This document shows, one piece after another, positions 26,716-34,116 of a stretch of 64,000 bases of DNA. Location: assembly GCA_964348725.1 (NCBI GenBank), contig CAYGDG010000004.1, forward strand, positions 2,133 through 66,132, given 5' to 3'. Below the pieces are notes generated by a model. That model did not search any database, was not told the DNA's origin, and was given only the letters and a program-made list of their open reading frames with translations. The position numbers and the translations under genes are program-made. How positions within the stretch are numbered: the first letter of the stretch is position 1; each line of letters starts with the position of its first letter. The DNA comes from an uncultured Candidatus Saccharibacteria bacterium (GTDB lineage Bacteria; Patescibacteriota; Minisyncoccia; Phycocordibacterales; UBA9973).

Positions 26716-27666
26716 ATGAAAACTTTAGGCTTTCTTTTGCTGATTGTGCTTTGTCTTTTAGCATATTCAGTACTCGCGCAGAATCCAAATCTCGTGCCGA
26801 ATCCGAGTTTTGAATTTTATGATTCGCTTCCAAATGATGATTCTCAAATCGGTCGCGCGACCGGATGGAATGCCTGCTCAAACACCCCTGATTATTTTCA
26901 CGGCGCTTCGCCGAGCGGAAATGTCAGCATCCCGCAAAATTATTTCGGCACCGTGGAGCTTTCAGGGAATGAAGAGGTAGGGTGTGCCGGTTTTTATGCC
27001 AAGCATCCTTCGCATTATTGCGAAGTCGTAGGCAGAAAGCTTGCCAGCCCGCTCATATCAGGTGTGACATACTATGTATCTTTTTATGTGAGCAGGGCGG
27101 AAAAGATATCTAATTGCGGAGTTGATCACATTGGCGTTCTTTTTACCGATTATTTCTTCGGGGATACGGTGCACGGATGTGTTATCGTAGATAATCCGCC
27201 GCAAGTGCAGGATTTTGCCCACGTTTATTCCGAAGAGATAATCATTGATACTTTGGAATGGACGAAGATAAGTGGCTCGTTTACCCCAAGGGAAATATAC
27301 CGATTTATCTATATCGGTAATTTCTTCCATGTCCCAAATATGGAAATTGTTTCGGAGCCGCAGGATACTTGTATTGCATATTATTATCTTGATAATGTAT
27401 GCGTCTCAACTGATCCGGAAGTGTGCGGTGTAGTGGCGAGTGTGCAAAAACGAGAAGCTGCAAAGCATCCGCCGCTCTGGCCGAATCCATTTCAGGACAA
27501 TCTGTATATCCGTGATGCGGGTGTACCGGCGACATTATGTTCCGTTTTAGGGCAAGAACTCCGGCACTGGGAAGTAATTCCTAGTGAAATTGACTTCTCG
27601 GATTTTGAAAGAGGAGTGTATTTCTTGAAAACTGAAAAAGAAGTTTTCAAACTGATCAAACAATAA
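26716..27666 (+). CDS. secreted protein with a T9SS (Por)-type C-terminal sorting-domain-like tail
   Basis: Signal peptide MKTLGFLLLIVLCLLAYSVLAQ. The C-terminus LWPNPFQDNLYIRD ... LCSVLGQELRHWEV ... IDFSDFERGVYFLKTEKEVFKLIKQ matches the Por_Secre_tail pattern (YPNP......I......I.D..G..V......iD.S.L..GVYF.K........KLIK). Confidence 0.55.
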   Translation: MKTLGFLLLIVLCLLAYSVLAQNPNLVPNPSFEFYDSLPNDDSQIGRATGWNACSNTPDYFHGASPSGNVSIPQNYFGTVELSGNEEVGCAGFYAKHPSHYCEVVGRKLASPLISGVTYYVSFYVSRAEKISNCGVDHIGVLFTDYFFGDTVHGCVIVDNPPQVQDFAHVYSEEIIIDTLEWTKISGSFTPREIYRFIYIGNFFHVPNMEIVSEPQDTCIAYYYLDNVCVSTDPEVCGVVASVQKREAAKHPPLWPNPFQDNLYIRDAGVPATLCSVLGQELRHWEVIPSEIDFSDFERGVYFLKTEKEVFKLIKQ

Positions 27667-27685
27667 TTTTAAATGAGGCAAACAA

Positions 27686-27721
27686 AAAGCCCTTCACTTT
27701 CAAATTTTGAAGGGCTTTTTT
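27686..27721. terminator. bidirectional intrinsic terminator (26716..27666 / thrS)
   Basis: AAAGCCCTTCActttcaaatttTGAAGGGCTTTTTT: an 11-bp perfect stem followed by a T-tract. Confidence 0.55.
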
Positions 27722-27736
27722 ATGGGAATTTTAATA

Positions 27737-29506
27737 TTAAGTGCGCATGCGGACCGCGTCTGTAACTTTTTCGATAAAATTTTTCAAGAGCATCTGCTCT
27801 TTCGTGCCGCCCGCCCCGGCGGGTAAATCTCTATTTTCAATCGTCAGCATGCCGGATTCTATTTCCTTATCACCGAGAACGATGACGAACGGAGCTTTCT
27901 TTCCTTTGGCGGCATGAATGCGCTTGCCGAGTGATTCATTTCCGGCGATGAGTTCTGCACGGATATGGAAGCGGCGGAGTTCATCACAAATTTCTTTTGC
28001 CTTTTCGTCGTGATTCTCACGTACAGGGATGATGGCGACTTGGAGCGGGGAGAGCCAGGTAGGGAAGATGCCGGCGTAGTGCTCTATCAGGAAGCCGATG
28101 AAGCGCTCGTGCGTGCCGAGCGGCGCGCGGTGGATGCAGAGGGGAGTTTCCTGCTTGCCTTCCTTGCTGTTATAGGTGAGGCCGAAGCGGGCGGGTACGG
28201 CGAAGTCCACTTGGTTCGTAGCGAGAGTGAATTCGCGGCCGATGGCGCTCCATACCTGCACATCAATCTTTGGTCCGTAGAAAGCGGCTTCATTTGGTAC
28301 TTCTACATACGGAATGCCGGAATCAATAAGCACATCGCGCACCATTTTTTCGGTTTTTGCCCAGAGCGCTGGCTCGTTCACGAATTTCTCGCCGAGCTTT
28401 TTTGGGTCATGAGTGGAAAAGCGCATGACATATTTTTCAATGCCGAATATTTTGAAATATTTGAGGTACATTTCATTCACGCGCTTGAACTCGCTCGCGA
28501 ACTGCTCCTCGGTACAGTATATGTGCGCATCGTTCATGGACAGCGAGCGTACGCGCATGAGGCCGAAGAGCTCGCCAGATTTTTCATGGCGGTATACCGT
28601 GCCGTATTCAGCGAGGCGGAGCGGCAAATCGCGATAGCTCTTTGGGCGGGCGCCGAAAATTTTGTGATGATGCGGGCAGTTCATTGCTTTCAGATAATAT
28701 TTTCCGCCATCATATTCCATCGGAGGATACATGGATTCTTCGTAATAGGGAAGGTGGCCGGACGTGATGTACATGGATTCTTTGGCGAGGTGCGGGGTGC
28801 GCACGCGGTGATAACCATCTTCAAATTCCGTTTCTTTGGCGAGGGTTTCCAGTTCTTCCACCATCACGGCGCCGTTTGGAAGCCAGAGGGGAAGCCCTGC
28901 GCCCACATCATCATCAAAAGTAAATATATCCATTTCCGCGCCGATTTTGCGGTGGTCGCGGAGCTTCGCTTCTTCGCGGAGAGCAGAGAATTCTTCGAGT
29001 GCTTGCTCGGTTTCAAACGCCAAGCCGTATATACGCGTGAGCATCTTATTCTTTTCATCTCCGCGCCAATACGCGCCGGCGACGCGGTCCAAGCGGAAAG
29101 AACCTTCAGCGATTTCTTTTGCCGGATGTTCCAAATGTCCGCCACGGCAGAGGTCTTCAAAACCGCCGCATTCGTATAAAGTTATCTTTTCGCCGCGATC
29201 GGAAATTTCCTTGATGAGTTCCAATTTGTACGGATTACCGACAAAAACTTTCTCCGCTTCTTCGCGCGAGACTTCGCGGTGGGAGAATTCCGTCCACTTC
29301 GGCAGATTCTTCGCCATGCTCGCTTGTATCTTTTCCAAATTCGCTTCGGTCAATTTTTCCGCACCTAAGTCAAAATCGTAATAAAAGCCGTCATCAATGG
29401 CCGGGCCGAGGGTAGGGTGCGCGCTCGGATAATGTTCTAATACCGCCTGGGCAAGTAGGTGTGCCAGAGTATGCCGAGCGTTCTGTAATTTTTCGTTTTT
29501 ATCCAT
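27737..29506 (-). CDS. thrS: threonine--tRNA ligase (lacks N-terminal TGS domain)
   Basis: Starts in the second additional domain (HTLAHLLAQAV ... GPAIDDGFYYDF). Class II motifs HRKIGAEMDIFTF, YLKAMNCPHHHKIF, FGLMRVRSLSMNDAHIY. Anticodon-binding C-terminus. Confidence 0.9.
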   Translation of the reverse strand: MDKNEKLQNARHTLAHLLAQAVLEHYPSAHPTLGPAIDDGFYYDFDLGAEKLTEANLEKIQASMAKNLPKWTEFSHREVSREEAEKVFVGNPYKLELIKEISDRGEKITLYECGGFEDLCRGGHLEHPAKEIAEGSFRLDRVAGAYWRGDEKNKMLTRIYGLAFETEQALEEFSALREEAKLRDHRKIGAEMDIFTFDDDVGAGLPLWLPNGAVMVEELETLAKETEFEDGYHRVRTPHLAKESMYITSGHLPYYEESMYPPMEYDGGKYYLKAMNCPHHHKIFGARPKSYRDLPLRLAEYGTVYRHEKSGELFGLMRVRSLSMNDAHIYCTEEQFASEFKRVNEMYLKYFKIFGIEKYVMRFSTHDPKKLGEKFVNEPALWAKTEKMVRDVLIDSGIPYVEVPNEAAFYGPKIDVQVWSAIGREFTLATNQVDFAVPARFGLTYNSKEGKQETPLCIHRAPLGTHERFIGFLIEHYAGIFPTWLSPLQVAIIPVRENHDEKAKEICDELRRFHIRAELIAGNESLGKRIHAAKGKKAPFVIVLGDKEIESGMLTIENRDLPAGAGGTKEQMLLKNFIEKVTDAVRMRT

Positions 29507-29567
29507 AAAACCTATAATATCACAGTATGGTTGCTTTTCAAATTGAATATGCTATATTTATCTCATT

Positions 29568-29792
29568 ATGGTAGTAAGAATGAGACATACAAAATCGCAT
29601 ACAGCAAACCGCCGCTCGCACCATGCATTGGAAGCGACCAGCTTTTCCAAGTGCGCGAACTGTTCTGCGCTGAAGCGCCGCCACACCGTATGCCCATCCT
29701 GCGGCTTTTACCGCGGCAGGAAAGTGACTGATTTGGTGAAGAAAGCAGAGAAGAAGCAGAAGAAAGCAAAAGCCAAGACCGCAGCGAAATAA
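29568..29792 (+). CDS. rpmF: 50S ribosomal protein L32
   Basis: MVVRMRHTKSHTANRRSHHALEATSFSKCANCSALKRRHTVCPSCGFYRGRKV is an L32 zinc ribbon with a K/A-rich tail. Confidence 0.8.
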   Translation: MVVRMRHTKSHTANRRSHHALEATSFSKCANCSALKRRHTVCPSCGFYRGRKVTDLVKKAEKKQKKAKAKTAAK

Positions 29793-29833
29793 TTCCGCCG
29801 CTCTTCAAATAGGGGGCATTTGAGAATAAATTT

Positions 29834-30736
29834 ATGGCAAACAGGCACCTTTCCAGATCCATAGTTCTTCAGACCCTCTTTGAGTGGGATTTCAACGACG
29901 GCAAGGTGGAAATCAAAGACGCATTAAAACGCAACTTGGACGAATTTGCTCCTGGGCTGGAAGACGATGATTTTGTGGCGGCATTGACCGAACAAGTATT
30001 AAAAAAGAGGGAAGTGGTAGATGAAATTATCCAGAAAGCCGCGCCCGAGTGGCCTATCGAAAAGATCTCCGTAGTTGATAGGAATATTTTGCGCATTGGG
30101 CTGTCCGAGCTCCTTTTCGGTGATCGCGCGCAAGTGCCTCCGAAAGTCGCTATCAATGAAGCCATCGAATTGGCAAAAACGTTCGGCGGCGAAAATTCCG
30201 GCAAATTTATCAATGGCGTACTTGGTGCCGTGTACAAAGAAATCGGCGAGCCGGGCAAGGACGAGACTTCTAAAAAGAAAAAGAAAGATGACACGCCGGT
30301 GGACCCGTCAAAATTGCCGGTAGAAAAATTCGGCGGCGCGCTCATCTATTCAAAGAGGGACGGCGAGACACTCTTTGCCCTCGTGCATGACGTATTCGGC
30401 TATTGGACCCTTTCTAAAGGGCATCTTGATCCAGATGATACGGAAGAAGAAGGTACAGTGAAGCGCATCAAAGAAGAATTGGCGCTGGACATCACGATAG
30501 TAGAAAAATTAGGCGACACTGAATATGTGGCCAGCCATCCGGAAAAGGGAAAGCTCCTGAAAAAAGTGTCTTTCTTTTTGGCTGAGAGCAAATACCGCGA
30601 GCTTGTGTTGGAATCATCCGGCGGCCTCGACGGCGCACGCTGGTTCAGACTTTCCGAAATTCCGGAGCTCCGCATTTACAATGACATCATACCGCTCATA
30701 GCCAAAGCAGTGGAGATAATTTCAAAGCAGAAATAA
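29834..30736 (+). CDS. nusB: NusB antitermination factor fused to a C-terminal NUDIX-like hydrolase domain
   Basis: aa 1-140 are NusB ([10 protein letters not shown] ... [15 protein letters not shown] ... [25 protein letters not shown]). A KKKKKDD linker follows. aa ~160-300 have a NUDIX fold ([39 protein letters not shown] ... [12 protein letters not shown]), and the Nudix box is degenerate. Confidence 0.7.
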   Translation: MANRHLSRSIVLQTLFEWDFNDGKVEIKDALKRNLDEFAPGLEDDDFVAALTEQVLKKREVVDEIIQKAAPEWPIEKISVVDRNILRIGLSELLFGDRAQVPPKVAINEAIELAKTFGGENSGKFINGVLGAVYKEIGEPGKDETSKKKKKDDTPVDPSKLPVEKFGGALIYSKRDGETLFALVHDVFGYWTLSKGHLDPDDTEEEGTVKRIKEELALDITIVEKLGDTEYVASHPEKGKLLKKVSFFLAESKYRELVLESSGGLDGARWFRLSEIPELRIYNDIIPLIAKAVEIISKQK

Positions 30737-30758
30737 AAGAAAAAATAATTTTAATACA

Positions 30759-31454
30759 ATGATACAGTTTTCCGATTTCGAAAATAAAACAAAAGTAGTA
30801 TTTAAAGATAAAGACCTCTTACGTCAGGCGTTCATTCATCGTTCATATATCAATGAAAATCCGGCGGCTCATCTTTCGCACAACGAGCGCCTGGAATTTT
30901 TGGGTGATGCGGTCCTTGAGCTCGTGGTTACGGATTTCCTCTACAAAAAATATCCGACCTATACCGAAGGGGAACTGACCGCGCTCCGCTCTGCATTAGT
31001 AAATGCCATCATCATCTCCGAAGTCGCTTCCGTTCTCGGGATGAATGAATACTTACTCCTTTCCCGCGGTGAAGCCAAAGACACCGGCAAGGCGCGGCAG
31101 TATATTTTGGCAAATACCTATGAAGCGTACGTGGGTGCGGTATTTTTGGATCAGGGCTACGAAGCGGCGGATACATTTATCACGGAATCATTGTTGCCGC
31201 ACACCGAGGAAATAGTTTCAAAAAAACTCTGGCGCGATGCCAAGAGCCTGGTGCAGGAAAAAGCACAGGAATTCGTCGGCTCTACTCCTTCATACAAGAC
31301 ACTGCACGAATCCGGCCCTGACCATGACAAGCATTTTACTGTCGGTATTTTCTTTGCTGGCGAGCTCGTCGGCGAGGGCAAGGGCAAGAGCAAGCAGGAG
31401 GCCGAACAAAAAGCCGCCGAGGCCGCATTAAAAGCTAAGAACTGGCTGGATTAA
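30759..31454 (+). CDS. rnc: ribonuclease III
   Basis: ERLEFLGDAVLELVVTDFLY signature. C-terminal dsRBD (GPDHDKHFTVGIFFAGELVGEGKGKSKQEAEQKAAEAAL). Confidence 0.9.
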   Translation: MIQFSDFENKTKVVFKDKDLLRQAFIHRSYINENPAAHLSHNERLEFLGDAVLELVVTDFLYKKYPTYTEGELTALRSALVNAIIISEVASVLGMNEYLLLSRGEAKDTGKARQYILANTYEAYVGAVFLDQGYEAADTFITESLLPHTEEIVSKKLWRDAKSLVQEKAQEFVGSTPSYKTLHESGPDHDKHFTVGIFFAGELVGEGKGKSKQEAEQKAAEAALKAKNWLD

Positions 31455-31456
31455 TT

Positions 31457-33595
31457 ATGCGGCTGAAGACTTTAGAACTGAACGGATTCAAATCTTTTGC
31501 CAAAAAAACTTCTTTGGAATTTACGAGCCCGATCACAGCAGTCGTGGGCCCGAACGGCTCCGGTAAATCGAACGTGGTGGAATCCATCCGCTTCGTGCTC
31601 GGTGAACAGTCGATGAAAAGCATGCGCGGCAAGGGCGGCGCGGACCTCATTTTCAAGGGCTCGAAATCCCTTTCTCGCGGCACACGCGCATCCGTCTCCA
31701 TCTTTTTCGATAATAACGACAAAATATTCCGTCTCGAAAATGAAAGCGGCGAGAATATGAATATGAATTACGATACCGTCTCTATCGCGCGCGAAGTATA
31801 TGCGGACGGCCTGAATAAATATTCTTTGAACAATACCGATGTGCGCTTAAAAGACGTGAATGCGCTTCTTGCTTCCGTGAACATCGGCTCCTCCGGCCAC
31901 CACATCATTTCTCAAGGCGAAGCTGACCGGGTGCTGAATGCGCCTTCCCGCGAGCGCCGCGAAATGATCGAAGACGCGCTCGGCCTCAAGATATACCAAT
32001 ATAAAATAAAAGAAGCGGAGCGCAAGCTCGAACGCACCGGCGAGAATATGAAAGAAGTCTCGCTTCTGCGCCGCGAGATAGCGCCGCACCTGAAATTTCT
32101 GCGCGGGCAGGTGGAAAAATTCGCCAAAGCGGAAGAGATGAAGACCGAGCTCCTCGGCCTCTATCGCGACTATTTGAAAAAGGAAAGCGTCTACTTGGAA
32201 AAAGAAGAAACCGCGCTTTCCGGCGAGAAGAAAAGGCTCGAAGCGGAAATTCGCGTCATCTCCGAGCAAGTAGTCGATGAACCAAAAGCGGAAGAGAACA
32301 AAGAAAAGCAGGAAGATCTTCGCGTGGCCGAATTGCGCTCTCTCGAGCAAAAAATATATGCCGTGCGTGCCACAAAGAGCGAGCTCGAACGCAAGCTTGG
32401 CCGCATCGAAGGAATGCTCGAACTCAAAGAAAAGAAAGCTGACCTTTCCGGTAAGTGCCCGCTATGCGGACATATCATCGAACAGAAATCCGCAGAAGCC
32501 ACAGCCGAACATACTGACGACGATTTAGCCGAACTCAAAAATTCGAAAGAAGATATCCTGCGGCAGACCGGTGAAATGGAAAAAGAAATTTCCGTCCTCG
32601 ACGGAGAGATGCGCGCCCTGCGGCAGGCGATAGATTCCGAGCGCGACAGTGAGCGGGAAAAAGAACGAGAGCAGGAACGGGAGAAATATGCCTATAAGAT
32701 GAAGCTCGGCGAGCTTAATTCCGCTCTGAATATAGCGACGGTCAAAGAAGAAAATATCATTCGCGAAGCCGAAGCGTTCGAGAATGAGCTCAAGGAAGGC
32801 GCGGCACTCGTCGGTCCGGATATCCTTTCATATAAGAATGTAGAAATAGAAGGTACACCTGACAGATACCAGCAGGAAGAGGCAAAAAGAAAAATCGAGC
32901 GCTTAAAGATCAAGCTTGAAGATGCTGGTCTTGGCGGCGGGGGAGATATTGCCCGCGAATATGCGGAAGTCTCCGAACGCGACGCATTCCTCGCCAAAGA
33001 AATGGAAGATCTCGGCAAGAGCATCGGTTCATTACAAGCCCTGATGGCCGACCTCAAAGAAAAGATCGACAGCGAATTCAAGGACGGCGTGCGCAAAATA
33101 AATAAAGAATTTTCCGAATACTTTTCATTGATGTTCGGTGGTGGGCATGCATCGCTCGATGTCGTAGCACAGAATAATAATAGGAGAAAAGCCAAGCTTG
33201 ATTCTGCTGAATCAGACGATGACGGGGAGATACCACTCGAGCAGGGAATAGAGATAAATGTATCCTTACCCCACAAGAAAGTAAAAGAGCTGCACGCACT
33301 TTCCGGCGGCGAGCGCTCTCTCACTTCCATCGCCCTTCTTTTTGCTATGTCCCAAGTAAACCCCCCGCCATTCCTCGTGCTGGATGAAACTGACGCTGCG
33401 CTCGATGAAGCGAACAGCCGCAAATACGGTGATATGCTCGAAAAGCTCTCCAAGCATTCCCAGCTCATCGTCGTCACTCACAACCGCGAGACAATGAGCC
33501 GTGCCGGTGCGCTCTATGGCGTGACCGTCGGCGCTGACGGCGCTTCCAAGCTCCTCTCCGTCCGTTTTGACGAAGCGGCCGCTATTGCGAAATAA
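31457..33595 (+). CDS. smc: SMC-like ATPase with a Rad50/SbcC-type CPxCG zinc hook in place of the hinge (712 aa)
   Basis: SMC N-terminal head MRLKTLELNGFKSFAKKTSLEFTSPITAVVGPNGSGKSNVVESIRFVLGEQS. SMC C-terminal head LSGGERSLTSIALLFAM ... FLVLDETDAALDEANSRKYGDMLEKLSKHSQLIVVTHNRETMSRAGALYGVT. Mid-coiled-coil KCPLCGHII. Follows rnc, as smc normally does. Confidence 0.7.
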   Translation: MRLKTLELNGFKSFAKKTSLEFTSPITAVVGPNGSGKSNVVESIRFVLGEQSMKSMRGKGGADLIFKGSKSLSRGTRASVSIFFDNNDKIFRLENESGENMNMNYDTVSIAREVYADGLNKYSLNNTDVRLKDVNALLASVNIGSSGHHIISQGEADRVLNAPSRERREMIEDALGLKIYQYKIKEAERKLERTGENMKEVSLLRREIAPHLKFLRGQVEKFAKAEEMKTELLGLYRDYLKKESVYLEKEETALSGEKKRLEAEIRVISEQVVDEPKAEENKEKQEDLRVAELRSLEQKIYAVRATKSELERKLGRIEGMLELKEKKADLSGKCPLCGHIIEQKSAEATAEHTDDDLAELKNSKEDILRQTGEMEKEISVLDGEMRALRQAIDSERDSEREKEREQEREKYAYKMKLGELNSALNIATVKEENIIREAEAFENELKEGAALVGPDILSYKNVEIEGTPDRYQQEEAKRKIERLKIKLEDAGLGGGGDIAREYAEVSERDAFLAKEMEDLGKSIGSLQALMADLKEKIDSEFKDGVRKINKEFSEYFSLMFGGGHASLDVVAQNNNRRKAKLDSAESDDDGEIPLEQGIEINVSLPHKKVKELHALSGGERSLTSIALLFAMSQVNPPPFLVLDETDAALDEANSRKYGDMLEKLSKHSQLIVVTHNRETMSRAGALYGVTVGADGASKLLSVRFDEAAAIAK

Positions 33596-33622
33596 GCCTT
33601 ATTTTATAAGGTTTTATATTCC

Positions 33623-33651
33623 TTGACTTTTGCTATAAAAGGGTGTATAAT
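33623..33651 (+). promoter_or_regulatory. consensus sigma70-type promoter TTGACT-N17-TATAAT upstream of 33739..34068
   Basis: Perfect -35 and -10 hexamers with a 17-nt spacer. Followed by an inverted repeat ATTGTCT...AGACAAT and a second TAGACAA near the ATG. Confidence 0.45.
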
Positions 33652-33738
33652 GTACCCGAACATGATAAGTTGATTGTCTGAGCCGATTTTTGTCGTTTTA
33701 GACAATTAACCTATCATACACTTCTTAGACAACTAAAT

Positions 33739-34068
33739 ATGAAAACTAAACGCCTGACTGTCGCTCAAAAGAAAGCGGCACACGAAAATGCAAAGATTAT
33801 TTATGCTTGTATTGAAACTGCCGCTGGAATATTTCTGGGCATATTAATGGGTGCTTTTTTCAGAATTCTGGGAGAGGAAACTCGTTCACATGTCATAGGA
33901 TATGTCATATTCGGCATGTGCACTATGAGCATACAGCTCTATTTTCAGGAGAAAAAATACCCATACGCATTCATGATCGGTCTTTTCATCGGTGCAATTC
34001 TCTGGTGCTACATATTTCTTGATCCAGTAGGACATTGCACAATCAGCCATTTCCTTTCAAGAAGCTAA
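33739..34068 (+). CDS. small hypothetical membrane protein
   Basis: 109 aa with three hydrophobic helices. No recognizable domain. Confidence 0.35.
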   Translation: MKTKRLTVAQKKAAHENAKIIYACIETAAGIFLGILMGAFFRILGEETRSHVIGYVIFGMCTMSIQLYFQEKKYPYAFMIGLFIGAILWCYIFLDPVGHCTISHFLSRS

Positions 34069-34116
34069 ATAATGCAGAAAAATAAAAAAATGCCTCGGCT
34101 AATCCGAGGCATTTTT

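Noticed and set aside
27965-29179. 404-aa plus-strand ORF antisense to thrS
   Set aside because: Shadow ORF. thrS on the minus strand has complete class II synthetase motifs.
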